Shown piece after piece: positions 1-10,500 of a stretch of DNA of 58,108 bases (its first letter is position 1; every line of letters begins with the position of its first letter). Under the pieces are notes generated by a model. It saw only the letters and a list, made by a program, of their open reading frames with translations, did no database searches and was not told the DNA's origin. Made by a program: the position numbers and the translations under genes. Location of the stretch: NCBI GenBank assembly GCA_963614875.1, contig CAVEFC010000004.1, positions 1 through 58,108 of the forward strand, in the 5' to 3' direction. Origin of the DNA: an uncultured Eubacteriales bacterium. Lineage in GTDB: Bacteria > Bacillota > Clostridia > Oscillospirales > CAG-272.

Positions 1-135
1 ACTTTTTTCGGGCTTTTTTCAGAATCTCTGTCCGGACACGCTTAAAAATTTTTTCAAAAGTGGGCTTTTGCCCGAATCCGTCCGTAAAAAACGGGCAGAT
101 TTTTAATCTGTTTTTAAGCGTGTGCAAACTTTTTT

Positions 136-393
136 TCATCTCCAAACCCGACCGCTTCTCTTATCAACAAGAACAATCCGCCCTTCTATTTCAAAGCCGG
201 CAAGCTCGCATAAGCAAAACAGCGTATGCAGCAATCTGCAAAATCTTTTGTGATCCTCTCGCTCAATATTTCTCAGAGCCTGATAAGCCGTCGGATCCGA
301 ATATCCTTCGGCATTTCGTCGGTGGTCGCATGTGACGGCCTTACCCGTCCCGCTGTCAAGATAGGTTAAATTATCATCGGTGCTTGTCATCAT
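136..393 (-). CDS. small conserved MGE protein, function unknown (85 aa)
   Basis: The ORF lies 21 nt downstream of nrdG on the same strand, with GAAAGGAG upstream. I recall the motif EGYSDPTAYQALRNI from Firmicute prophage small proteins but cannot name the family. Confidence 0.6.
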   Translation of the reverse strand: MMTSTDDNLTYLDSGTGKAVTCDHRRNAEGYSDPTAYQALRNIEREDHKRFCRLLHTLFCLCELAGFEIEGRIVLVDKRSGRVWR

Positions 394-414
394 AATAATA
401 CGGATACTCCTTTC

Positions 415-915
415 CTAAATTTGTTTCGGAACCGCCATACCTTTTTTCAGGCTTGCGGAAATATCAATAATTCTCTGGTTCCGGCTTCCTCTGAAAACCA
501 GATCAAGAGATCTCTCGCTTTGAACAAACGGACCGTCCACCAAAATATCAATACATTTCAGAAGCCCGTCGTTTTGTCTGTATAAGTCCTCAAAAAGATA
601 GCCGGTGTAACACCAGACCGACAGCCCCATACCGTGAGCTTTTTCGGCAATTATGCGGCACCTGTCGGATTGGCAGAACGGCTCGCCGCCGGACAACGTG
701 ATTCCGTCAATCCAATCTTTCCTTTTTGAAATATCATCAAGCAAAGAATCGATTTGCACACTCTTGCCTCCGACGAAAGAATGAGTCTGAGGATTGTGAC
801 AGCCGGGGCAATGATGCGGACATCCCTGCGTAAAAATTACATAACGGATACCGTCTCCGTCCACAATGGATTCCCGCTCAATCCCCGAAATACGTATCGA
901 CTTTATGCTTGACAC
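415..915 (-). CDS. nrdG: anaerobic ribonucleoside-triphosphate reductase activating protein (radical SAM)
   Basis: 166 aa with the CPHHCPGC cluster motif and GGEPF. GTG start with a GGAGGA RBS. It overlaps the nrdD 3' end by 38 nt. Confidence 0.9.
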   Translation of the reverse strand: MSSIKSIRISGIERESIVDGDGIRYVIFTQGCPHHCPGCHNPQTHSFVGGKSVQIDSLLDDISKRKDWIDGITLSGGEPFCQSDRCRIIAEKAHGMGLSVWCYTGYLFEDLYRQNDGLLKCIDILVDGPFVQSERSLDLVFRGSRNQRIIDISASLKKGMAVPKQI

Positions 916-2794
916 GGTCTTTTTCCTCCGCCCGTTTAGCGTCGTTCCATTTATCCAGCGTTCCGACTAAATATCCGGTAATACGGCGGATACGTTCGAA
1001 CGGAATACCATCTTCTCTTCGTCCGCACTGAGGGCACACGTCGCCTATGATCCCGTTATAGCCGCATACCGGATCGCGATCCACGGGGTGATTTATACTG
1101 CCGTAGCCTATACCGGCTTCTTTCATATGACGAACGACTTTTTCAAATGCGGCAAGATTTTTTGTCGGATCTCCGTCCAGTTCCACATATGAAATATGGC
1201 CGGCATTTGTCAGGGCGTGATACGGGGCTTCGATGTCGATTTTTCTGAGTGCCGGCAAACTGTAATAAACCGGGACATGAAAACTGTTTGTATAATACTC
1301 GCGGTCGGTCACGCCCGGAATAACGCCGTACCTCTCGCGGTCGGAGCGGAGAAACCGTCCGGCTAAGCTTTCGGCTGGCGTAGCCAGACATGTTATGTTC
1401 ATACCGAGCAGTCGGCTCAGCCTGTCGCAGTAATCGCGGATATAACCTACAATTTGCAGACCCAGTTTCTGAGAGGACTCATCTTCGCCGTGATGCTTGC
1501 CGTTAAGCGCGACAAGACACTCCGCCAGTCCGCAAAAGCCGATAGACAGCGTACCGTGCTTCAGCACTTCTCCCACTCGATCGTCCGGAGAAAGCTTTTC
1601 GGAATCCATCCATACACCCTCTCCCATAAGAAACGGAAAGTTGCGTACAAGCCTTGACTCCTGAATATAATACCGTGCCAGAAGCTGATCCAGTATCAGA
1701 TCAAGCATACTGTTCAACGATTTGAAGAATGCGAGCAAATCCCCTTTCGCCTCAATCGCGAGTCTCGGAAGGTTAACCGATGTAAAACTCAGATTTCCTC
1801 TGCCCGGCGCGATCTCACGTGTCGGGTCATACACGTTTCCCATAACGCGGGTACGACATCCCATATAAGCGACTTCCGTTTCCGGATGACCGGGCTTGTA
1901 ATACTGAAGATTGAACGGTGCGTCAATAAAAGCGAAGTTCGGAAACAATCTTTTTGCGCTGACTTTCATTGCCAGCCTGAACAGATCGTAATTTGGATCT
2001 TCCGGATTATAGTTTACCCCTTCTTTTACTCGGAATATCTGAATCGGAAAGATGGGGGTTTCTCCGTGACCAAGCCCCGCCTCTGTAGCAAGCAAAAGCT
2101 GTTCAATTGCCAATCTGCCCTCCCACGAAGTGTCCGTACCATAATTTATGGAACTGAACGGAACCTGCGCACCGGCGCGGGAATGCATCGTATTCAGATT
2201 ATGAATAAAGCCCTCCATCGCCTGATAAGTATCGCGGGTGGTTTTTCTTAAAGCATAATCCACAATCCATCTTTCGTTAAAGTCGTCATCCCGTCCGTGC
2301 AGATCTTCGCAAATCGAAACACCCTCTTTGTAATACTTATCGTATGTATACCTGACGCCTTCAGCCATAGCGTAATCAAAATCCACAATACTCTGACCTC
2401 CGTGCTGATCATTCTGATTCGACTGGATGGCAATAGCGGCAAGCGCGGCATATGAACCTATGCTCTTCGGCGCTCTCAGATGTCCGTGACCGGTGTTGAA
2501 CCCGTTTTTGAACAGCTTACGAAGCTTGATCTGCGTGCAGGTAGTTGTCCACGCATAAAAATCCAGATCGTGTATGTGAATCCAGCCGTCACGATGCAGC
2601 TTTGCGATTTTCGGATCGATCAGATAATCAAGATTATACTCCTTGGCTGTATTGGCGCCATATTGCAGCATAGCCCCCATAGGAGAATCACCGTTGATGT
2701 TGGCATTATCCCTTTTAAGATCGCTGTCTTTTGCTTGGAGAACGGTAATGTCATCAAAAATATTTTTTACCTTTTCTCCGAATTCTTCGTCCAT
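878..2794 (-). CDS. nrdD: anaerobic (class III) ribonucleoside-triphosphate reductase
   Basis: 638 aa. The C-terminal glycyl-radical motif RIRRITGYLVG is preceded by a Zn ribbon (CGYNG..CPQCG). NrdD-like sequence runs throughout. Confidence 0.92.
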   Translation of the reverse strand: MDEEFGEKVKNIFDDITVLQAKDSDLKRDNANINGDSPMGAMLQYGANTAKEYNLDYLIDPKIAKLHRDGWIHIHDLDFYAWTTTCTQIKLRKLFKNGFNTGHGHLRAPKSIGSYAALAAIAIQSNQNDQHGGQSIVDFDYAMAEGVRYTYDKYYKEGVSICEDLHGRDDDFNERWIVDYALRKTTRDTYQAMEGFIHNLNTMHSRAGAQVPFSSINYGTDTSWEGRLAIEQLLLATEAGLGHGETPIFPIQIFRVKEGVNYNPEDPNYDLFRLAMKVSAKRLFPNFAFIDAPFNLQYYKPGHPETEVAYMGCRTRVMGNVYDPTREIAPGRGNLSFTSVNLPRLAIEAKGDLLAFFKSLNSMLDLILDQLLARYYIQESRLVRNFPFLMGEGVWMDSEKLSPDDRVGEVLKHGTLSIGFCGLAECLVALNGKHHGEDESSQKLGLQIVGYIRDYCDRLSRLLGMNITCLATPAESLAGRFLRSDRERYGVIPGVTDREYYTNSFHVPVYYSLPALRKIDIEAPYHALTNAGHISYVELDGDPTKNLAAFEKVVRHMKEAGIGYGSINHPVDRDPVCGYNGIIGDVCPQCGRREDGIPFERIRRITGYLVGTLDKWNDAKRAEEKDRVKHKVDTYFGD

Positions 2795-2884
2795 ATAAAG
2801 TCCTCCTTAAATATTTCCTTGCATAAAAGAGCACCCTAAACTGCTTTTGCAATTCAGAGTGCTCTTGAAGTTTGTTTTCGATTT

Positions 2885-3115
2885 TTAGTAGTCCGGCTCA
2901 GTTATGTTGTCCCAAATTTCCGTCAATGATTTACCGCCGAAGAACTTAACATTCAGAACTTCGTCAACCGACCCAGCGGTCATCTCATCGTCGCCGCACC
3001 ACAGAGTGAACCTGTTCCGGGACAACGGATCGATGCCGCAAGAGCAGCCGTTATAGCCAAACACAATATGGCCGGTCAGCTTTGTAAGATAATCTTTAAC
3101 TTCTGTAATAGTCAT
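2885..3115 (-). CDS. hypothetical protein (76 aa)
   Basis: Its start overlaps the stop of the upstream gene (ATGA at 3112-3115). No recognisable motif. Confidence 0.6.
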   Translation of the reverse strand: MTITEVKDYLTKLTGHIVFGYNGCSCGIDPLSRNRFTLWCGDDEMTAGSVDEVLNVKFFGGKSLTEIWDNITEPDY

Positions 3116-4011
3116 AGAATATCACCATTTTCCTTTCGTTCTTTATCATTCAATTCTCGGATAGGTCTGTCAATCAGATTACCGGAGTCGTCATAAATAT
3201 AATCGTGGGCGTGTTCGCCGTGTTTACCGTATTTATGAGCTTTCGGATGACCGTGACCGTTGTTGCTGATCTGCTTTTTCTGCCTGCCCGATTCGTCATA
3301 GTAGTTGCGATCAATACCGCCGTTTTTGTTAGTGATTTGAGAAATGCTGTTTGGTTTTCCCGTCAACGAGGTATGGGCTACTTTAATTATACTCTTTCCG
3401 GCGGCATTTTTCAATCCGTCGCCATCAAAGCGGTCAAGCGGATAGGGCGGACCGTTTCGTACACCCCACTTTTGACCTTTGATTCCGTGGTGGGCAACAA
3501 CATTGTATCCGAGCCGCCCGCGAAGCTCCCAAAGAATATCTTCCACGGTTTTACGGGTCTTCGGCGCAAGCTTAATATACGCAGAATGTTCCTCGTACCA
3601 GTCGAATATCTCGCTCAAGTCACCTTTTTGCCAGCTGAAAGACCACCAATCGCATATCATCTCGATAATATAATTGTATGGCATCTCCAGTAGAAGCTCA
3701 CCTTCATCGGGGTCATCGTTGATGAGAACCCAATGTTGCCAATGATGAGGATTTCGATGAATATGCAAGAGCCACGCTCGGTTGAATACTTCCACAACAG
3801 CATAAGAGCGATTATTGCCATAGAAATAAGCATCATAGGCGTCATACTCATCCGGATCCGATTTTGATGCGTCGTGCTTAATCTCAACCGTTTCCCAATC
3901 GGGCATGTCCGCACGGTCAAACAAATCCGGCAGGTTGACTTGAAGCCAGATATAACCTTTACGGACATTATCCTTATGGGTTTTCAAGTAAGCGTCATAT
4001 TCTTTACTCAT
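3112..4011 (-). CDS. two-part phage protein: N-terminal His-rich domain (HRNPHHWQHW; DUF5662-like from memory) and C-terminal KGQKWG / His-rich tail
   Basis: 299 aa with an RBS GAAGG upstream. Motifs seen: IHRNPHHWQHW, HHGIKGQKWGVRNGPPYPL and GHGHPKAHKYGKHGEHAHDY. Confidence 0.7.
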   Translation of the reverse strand: MSKEYDAYLKTHKDNVRKGYIWLQVNLPDLFDRADMPDWETVEIKHDASKSDPDEYDAYDAYFYGNNRSYAVVEVFNRAWLLHIHRNPHHWQHWVLINDDPDEGELLLEMPYNYIIEMICDWWSFSWQKGDLSEIFDWYEEHSAYIKLAPKTRKTVEDILWELRGRLGYNVVAHHGIKGQKWGVRNGPPYPLDRFDGDGLKNAAGKSIIKVAHTSLTGKPNSISQITNKNGGIDRNYYDESGRQKKQISNNGHGHPKAHKYGKHGEHAHDYIYDDSGNLIDRPIRELNDKERKENGDIL

Positions 4012-4091
4012 CCGTATACCTTCTTTTCAAAAATATCACGCTTGTCCGAGTCGCGCCTGCTTGAGAATGCGATCGATTTCATACGATGTTT

Positions 4092-4193
4092 TTACTTTTT
4101 CGATTTTTTCTTGACATCATCATTATAGCAAAGTTGGTCGGCAATGTCAATTGCTTTCTTTTTCTCAATATCAAGAGTCATTTTTGGTCTCAT
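4092..4193 (-). CDS. very small ORF (33 aa), possibly the 5' part of a ~52-aa gene broken at an A6 run
   Basis: AAGGAGG lies 6 nt upstream of the ATG at 4193. The neighbouring frame continues plausibly (IEKVKTSYEIDRILKQARLGQA) to 4036. Confidence 0.35.
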   Translation of the reverse strand: MRPKMTLDIEKKKAIDIADQLCYNDDVKKKSKK

Positions 4194-4316
4194 CGGTCTC
4201 CTCCTTATGCTATCCGTAAAATCCGCAGAATAATTCTGATGGTAAGGGCGATGCAGATTGACGATGTGCAGGCAAATATCAAAACCGCAAACGCCTGTCC
4301 GAGCCTGTAACCCAGA

Positions 4317-4532
4317 TTATTTGTTTTCTTCGGTTCCTGATTGTTCATGGCTTGTGTCCTTTCTTTCAAAATAACGTCGGATATTATCGCAACGTCTTCG
4401 ATTTTTGCAATGGATAACCGTGTCGGTTATCGTGCTTTCAAAACCGCCGCAATAAATTTTTTGCGGCTTTTCGACATCCGGCTCAAAGTCCATACACTCC
4501 GAGCAGTAGTCTTTTACGTCAACGCGAATCAT
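4317..4532 (-). CDS. Cys-rich small protein (71 aa)
   Basis: The internal ATG at 4532 overlaps the helicase stop (ATGA at 4529-4532). The longer track ORF would run inside the helicase gene. Motifs CSEC...CGG...HC..RRC. Confidence 0.55.
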   Translation of the reverse strand: MIRVDVKDYCSECMDFEPDVEKPQKIYCGGFESTITDTVIHCKNRRRCDNIRRYFERKDTSHEQSGTEENK

Positions 4533-5788
4533 TTTGGGCTCCTTTCCGAAACGGCTTTGGTCTTGTAACTGCTGACATATTTTGTTTCGTTGAAATTTCG
4601 CTTTTCGGTCAATGCACGGCTGATTGCCAGATCGATACCGGAACGGGACTTCAGATGATAATAATATAAATCTTTGAACGGCGTATTCAGACGATCGATC
4701 CGTCCGGCAGATTGTTTCATAATTTTGTAGGAATAATTCTGCGAATAGAACACAATCGTGTCCGTGCTGATACAGTTCCATCCTTCCGCACCGGCGTTGT
4801 ATTGAACAAGGTATACCCAGCTCTTGCCTGTCGGAATCGGCTGATGCTTATGCCCGTTCCATTCCGCAACATCGACCTTGTCCCCGTAACAGAGATTTTT
4901 CAGAATATCAAGTTCGTAGTCGAAGTTGTAAAACACAATCATCTTCGGGTGCTTTTCAAACAGCTCCAGCAGGATCGTTTGCCGTGCTTCGTCTTCATTG
5001 ACAATGCGACGCCAGATATAACAGAGCTCGCTCGCCGTAGCAATAGGCTCGCATTTATACGGATTCCACCTTTTCCGGCTTACCTCCTTATACTTTGCAA
5101 TGTCATATGGCACATAAATATCTTCGTGATGGGAAAGCGTATCCCTTTTGAAATCCATATTCACAAGAATACTGTTTCTCAGCTTTATAAGCCGTCCGAC
5201 TCCCAAATATCTTTCCACCTTGGGATACTTTCCGTTTACCCATGTCATAACCATGTGCTCTTCCTTGAACGCGGTTCGATTCTTATAAAAACCGTTTGCC
5301 ACAAAGACGGGGATATAATCTTCCCATGTATCCCCGGGGGTTGCGGAAAGCAGAATCCATTCGTTTGCTTTGGCAATTTTCAGAAATGACTTTACCCATG
5401 CGCCGGATCCGACGACTCTTTGCTCGTCAAATATAAAGAAAGCGCCTTTGATGTCTTTGTATTTGCCGATGTTGTTCCACGAATCCACAACAACCCTGTT
5501 CTTATAGGCACTGACCTCCGGATGAACGGAAAGAAGAAAGGGCGAAAGCTCGCCCTCCCATTCCAAAGTGTCCCTTTTCCTTGCCGTTGTGATAATATAC
5601 AGGTCTTTTACATTGCAATCATCCATCGGCACGTATTCATCAGTGCCCAGCACTCCGCCGTTTTGCTTGTAGTAATAAGCCAACGCCGTTCTGGATTTTC
5701 CGCTGCCTACACCGCCGCAAAGGATACAGCCGTTTTTCATCCGATCTACCGCGTCGGTCTGGTAGTCCCGAAGAGATACTCCAGCCAT
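4529..5788 (-). CDS. SF2 (SNF2/DEAD-like) helicase
   Basis: Motif I GGVGSGKSRTA, motif II FIFDEQR, motif III LLSATPG, motif VI QSAGRIDRL. The ATG at 5788 overlaps the upstream stop (ATGA). Confidence 0.8.
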   Translation of the reverse strand: MAGVSLRDYQTDAVDRMKNGCILCGGVGSGKSRTALAYYYKQNGGVLGTDEYVPMDDCNVKDLYIITTARKRDTLEWEGELSPFLLSVHPEVSAYKNRVVVDSWNNIGKYKDIKGAFFIFDEQRVVGSGAWVKSFLKIAKANEWILLSATPGDTWEDYIPVFVANGFYKNRTAFKEEHMVMTWVNGKYPKVERYLGVGRLIKLRNSILVNMDFKRDTLSHHEDIYVPYDIAKYKEVSRKRWNPYKCEPIATASELCYIWRRIVNEDEARQTILLELFEKHPKMIVFYNFDYELDILKNLCYGDKVDVAEWNGHKHQPIPTGKSWVYLVQYNAGAEGWNCISTDTIVFYSQNYSYKIMKQSAGRIDRLNTPFKDLYYYHLKSRSGIDLAISRALTEKRNFNETKYVSSYKTKAVSERSPK

Positions 5789-6609
5789 CAATGTCCTCCG
5801 AATATCCGGCGCAGAACCCATACGTTCGAAAAGTACATCGGGGTAAACCAGTAGTTTTCTCTATTGTCGCCGTCCGTAATCGGCTCTGTAAGCGAGTCTC
5901 CGACTTTTACATAACCGGCAACTCCCAGAAGTGTAAGCTGAATATAACACATAAGTGCGGTGATCTCGTCAATGTCCTGAGCAGCAGCAAGAATATAAAG
6001 CTGATAGTTCAGATTAGCCTTTTCCAGCTGTTTTCTTATTGCGTGAATACCGGCAATCAAGGTTGCGCCGGCTCCGCAACAGGGGTCATTGATTAAAATA
6101 TATCCATCCCGTTCAACCTTCTGAACCGCATCGTCCGTCGATACACCCGCCATCAGCTCGCACACACTGTACGGGGTGAAAAACTGTCCGTTATGCGAAT
6201 CGCCGAAATCAAGGGACATAAATATACTGCCGAGAAAGTCCTGTTCGGGATTCTCCTCCAGAGCCAGAATTGTCTGTACAATCAGCTCCGGAAATATCTC
6301 CTGTTCCTGTTTGTTGTATTTCTTGATCGTTTTCAGATATAACGCTTCTCGCTTCTCTCGGTTTCCCGTGTCGAGAGGATTGGAAAGCGTGCAGGCGAAC
6401 ATAATTATAAAATCATGCCAGACATTCCACGCGCGATGGCGGCAGGTCAGCTGTCCGAACGCGTCCATAAAAGCCTTTCTCGGATCGGAACCCTTTTTCG
6501 GTTTTTTACCGGCGGGCTTTTTTGCGGTTGTGCTCTTTCTTTTTTTCTCTGGAGCGGCAGATTGAACCGTCTCCTCCGGCGCCGCCGCTTTCTTCTTTTC
6601 CTGTGACAT
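5788..6609 (-). CDS. N6-adenine DNA methyltransferase-like protein lacking catalytic motif IV; Lys-rich N-terminus
   Basis: 273 aa. Motif X-like FFTPYSVCELMA and motif I NDPCCGAGATLI are present. The protein ends about 35 aa after GDSL with no NPPY/F-type motif. Confidence 0.65.
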   Translation of the reverse strand: MSQEKKKAAAPEETVQSAAPEKKRKSTTAKKPAGKKPKKGSDPRKAFMDAFGQLTCRHRAWNVWHDFIIMFACTLSNPLDTGNREKREALYLKTIKKYNKQEQEIFPELIVQTILALEENPEQDFLGSIFMSLDFGDSHNGQFFTPYSVCELMAGVSTDDAVQKVERDGYILINDPCCGAGATLIAGIHAIRKQLEKANLNYQLYILAAAQDIDEITALMCYIQLTLLGVAGYVKVGDSLTEPITDGDNRENYWFTPMYFSNVWVLRRIFGGH

Positions 6610-6624
6610 GTTTTTTCTCCTTTC

Positions 6625-6873
6625 TCAATACTTGTATTTGGCTGCCAGATCCATCAGCTGTTCCACCTCGGACGGAAGCAACACAATATCAAACCAATCG
6701 TAGTCTTCAAAATAGTCGCCCGTATCGGTTCGTGTGGGAGACATCATAACCGTCGCATATATGGCTTCGGGGGAATTGTTCGGATACTCCACACTGATTT
6801 CCGCCGAAACCGCCTCGGAATATAAATCGCTCCGATCTTTCGTCAAATTCAACTTTGTCAATGTCAAAACCAA
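6625..6873 (-). CDS. acidic hypothetical protein (82 aa as tracked; true start uncertain)
   Basis: The acidic ORF is convincing, but its TTG start has no RBS. An RBS-served ATG at 6889 lies in the adjacent frame (see findings). Confidence 0.5.
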   Translation of the reverse strand: MVLTLTKLNLTKDRSDLYSEAVSAEISVEYPNNSPEAIYATVMMSPTRTDTGDYFEDYDWFDIVLLPSEVEQLMDLAAKYKY

Positions 6874-6988
6874 ATATAAATTCTTTCATGTTTTTATTTT
6901 TCTCCTTTCGGTGATAAAAAAAGAGACGGGCTGTTTCCTGTAGCCTTGGAACATTAACGGCAAACAATAGCCGTCACCCGCCTTTCGC

Positions 6989-7471
6989 TCATATAGATGC
7001 TTCCTCCGGTCCCTCGGTTTCCGCATACTTCTCCGCAAATTCATCCTCTTCGATGGTGACATACATGGTTTTAAGGTATGCCTTAACCCCCGTCTTACCG
7101 TTCACTTCCCAGTTATACGGGCGGATCGTCAGATCTACGTTGCGGATTTCGGCAAAGTCCAGAGCGCCTATGGATTCCTCGTCCAGAGAAGTCTGGGATC
7201 TGCGGGTAACCATAGTAACCTTGGGCGGAATATTATCGAAGCTGACCGCCACCTGAATATAATGACGCGGCGCCTCATCCTCATCACGAGGTGACAGAAC
7301 ACGGACATTCCATCCGTCATCTATAAGCTTCTGCGCCATATCCGGATTGTCGATTACCACGCAGAAATTGCGTGAACCGGCGCGGTTGTATTTGGATTCC
7401 TCTCCCTTGAAATTGCGGAATATAATCCGCGCGTTTTCGATGACAATATTGTCTAATACTTTGTAAGCCAT
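6989..7471 (-). CDS. putative single-stranded DNA-binding protein (phage type)
   Basis: 160 aa, sited immediately upstream (in transcription order) of the SF2 helicase block and downstream of the polymerase. It has an acidic C-terminal tail ([11 protein letters not shown]). The assignment rests on context and tail, not on a named motif. Confidence 0.4.
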   Translation of the reverse strand: MAYKVLDNIVIENARIIFRNFKGEESKYNRAGSRNFCVVIDNPDMAQKLIDDGWNVRVLSPRDEDEAPRHYIQVAVSFDNIPPKVTMVTRRSQTSLDEESIGALDFAEIRNVDLTIRPYNWEVNGKTGVKAYLKTMYVTIEEDEFAEKYAETEGPEEASI

Positions 7472-7559
7472 AATTAAAATTTTCCTTTCAGATTTTGTTT
7501 TTTGTAGTGTCGGTTGCAGCCGAAAATATAAATGACCGCAACTGTAAAAATCGGGATTC

Positions 7560-10500
7560 TTATCTCACGTCAAACGGGGTAAACTCGTCTTCGTAAGGAT
7601 CTCCCGGCCCGAACCATGGCGGTGTGTCCTCCGAAACATACGGTTCCTCTGCCGTAAACCGCTCAAAATCGCCGTATTCGGACAGAGACTTCACCGCTTC
7701 GTCCACCATATTGTTGTAATATGTACGGTCAATATCTTCCTGCTTATTGAGCTGTTTGACCACTTCGGACTCAAGCCAGCGGAATCCCTTGGAACCAGTC
7801 GCTGCGGCATAGCCCTTCTCCTTGGTTTTCTTGTTCTCCGTTTCACGGAGCAGCACTCCCCCACCGCAGCCGGGCTTAATCGGGCAGAATTGACCGACCT
7901 TTCCGATGAAGTGATAGCTGTGACCATCGACAATGATTTTCTCAAGTTTTTCGAATTCCTGGCACTCCTTGCTCATCGGGTCTTCCAACTTGGAAATATC
8001 ACTAAGCTCCTTAAGCAGTTTGGCATACTGCTTTTCATAATCGCTCACATCCGGCAAGTCTTCATTCATATCGAGATACAGAGCCGAAGTCACGGATTTA
8101 GTTTCGCACATATCCTCAAACTCAATATTTTCTTTACTGAACAGCGTCTTGAATACATACGGAATCTGAAACTGTGTTCCGGTTGCAGTCCAATCGTAAG
8201 GGTGCTTTTTGTTTTCTTTGCAAATATCTTTTGCAGAGTCAATATATTCTTTTCCGTATAAGCCATAACACTTCTCCACGGTCGCATACCTTGCAATATA
8301 AACCGCGTCGTTGACCAGACACATTCTGTCATATGTGGCTTCGTGCTCGAAATTGTAGCCGTACAGTTTACCGTACTCGGTCACAAACCGAATAATTTCC
8401 GGAGTAGCGTCCGGAATTTTGATAGAGTCCGTCTTGATGTGCGCAACGGTAAATCCTTTGTCCTGAACTGCGTGTTTTAGATTGACCATAAACAAAGCCC
8501 CGCGCTTGGCAACAATATTATCTTTATTGCGCGTATCTCTGAACGGGTTCTCGAATCCCGCCGAAGTCAGTCCGTAAACCGAGTTGATTGCGATTTTCAG
8601 AGCCTGAGCCAGATCCGCCGCCGCATTTTCATCGGTCAGGTATTTTGCCAACGCACCGCCCAGCATCTTTTTCGCTTTATCAAAATCTTTATGCTTGATC
8701 GCGATACGAGCCTGAAGAAGTTCGTCAAACCGTTTTGTATATTCCGGTCCGAACAATTCTTCCGCCACAATGCTGCTCGGGTGCATGGATGCAATATCCA
8801 GCAGGGCAATATTACTGTACATACCGGGTTCGGCATATACATATCCCCCCTCGCCGACTTCCTCGCCGCGATAGACCGATTTTCCGTTTTCAAAAATATA
8901 ACCCGGAAAAATCGGACGATGATTTTTGTCAAACGCACAGAACTCGTCCGTATCCTCCAGACTCATGGCAAACGGCAGATCGGCATTCGGGTCAAATATC
9001 TGACTCTCATCCCCCATAAATCGATAATTGAACTGATCCTGTGGCTTTCGGTTGTTGCCGAATATAATTTTTGTAGTCAGGGAATTTGTCGTATCGTTTA
9101 CCGACATACCTGCCACGTCCGCCAGAATCTGACGAGCCGTAAAGTCAGCTTTTCGGGAATTGAAAGTTGCTTCGGTTGCGATAACGTCATTATCGCAGTA
9201 TTCGGCAACCTCAGTCCAACGTTCTTCCGGGACGGGCTTGTCCCAAGGAAGCCCGAGCTCCTGATGATGAATACCCAGCTCAATCTCAAATTTTTTAAGA
9301 GATTGTTTTTTGCTGGAGAAGTCATACACGTCCGTATAAGACGCGTTATAAGCTTCTCCGAAGAAGCAATTTGCGCTTCCGTTGATAATCCTTATCGAAA
9401 GATTAAAAAGCTGTTCGTTCGTATACCCCATCAATCTGGCGTAAAGAATGTGGTTATCATACCGGCGGCAGTTGAATCCCACAAGATTTGCCCGCATAAC
9501 GTTTTCCAGCTGTGCCGGCGTCGGATTGATCATACGGACTACGGGTTTATGGTTTGTCTGCAATTCACGAATATAATCAGACCAGCTGTCAAAGTCCGAT
9601 GGGGAATAATCCTCCGCATACTTCCAGTTCACAAGAAACAGGTTGGGAAATACCTCAACGTCATAAAACACAAATTTAGTGTCGTCATTCTGTATACCTG
9701 CGGATCTGTCGGCAGACTTGAACTGCATTTTATTTACAAGCTTGATACAGTAGTCCGCATGATGCGTACTGCTTGCAGCAAACGCCAGTACGGCGTTGCG
9801 CATATCGGTCACATCATACTTGAGATCGCTTGCATAAGCGTCCTCAAGAATTTTATAAATGAAGTCGATACTTGGCTTAGTAGCTGGGTGGTATTCTTTA
9901 TTAAGGTTTCGCTTGATTTTTGTCCTAAGCCCTTTCTCGCTCTTCACCCCTTCAAAATTTATCACAGGTTTTTCTCCTTTCAGTGGTAAACCCGAGTTGA
10001 TCGTTGCAATAGGTAAATCATTGCATTTTGTCAGCTTGCGTCGAAGCGAGCTTTTTCCGGTAAAGACCTTCACTTCGATATGATCGTCGTAAACCCGGCT
10101 GAGCTTTGACACGTCTCCGGCATAAATATAATGCAGATGAATACCCTGACCGCTTTTGCTGAGCTCCGCATAGGTCGGCGGCCATTTACTTGCTTCTTTG
10201 AGATTCAGCTCAAACGATTTATTACCGTCCTTATCCTGAATATCAAAGTCAATAACAATATGATTTTCCGGAACTTTGACATAGTGCAATCTTGACGTGG
10301 TAAGCTCGCCCAGCTTCGTCGTGACATCGTCCCATTTGACGGTGGGGGTCTCTTTTTCCGAAGCATACTGGGCGGGGCAATCGGCGCATTCTCGGTCAAA
10401 AATGGATTTTTGTTTTAAGAACTCAATCGTCTTATGGTCGGGCTCTGCTTTTTCGGATAAAGTCTGACCTTCAAACTTTTCTGTTCGGAAACCGGTGTAA

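Noticed and set aside
60-335. 91-aa plus-strand ORF at the window start
   Set aside because: It overlaps the better-supported minus-strand gene 136-393, has no RBS, and runs against the direction of the surrounding operon.
8691-9989. 432-aa plus-strand ORF inside the polymerase gene; likewise 18062-18973, 36244-37149, 38101-39222, 45249-46097 and 46358-47104 opposite other well-supported genes
   Set aside because: All are antisense to genes with strong motif evidence, and their translations have implausible composition.
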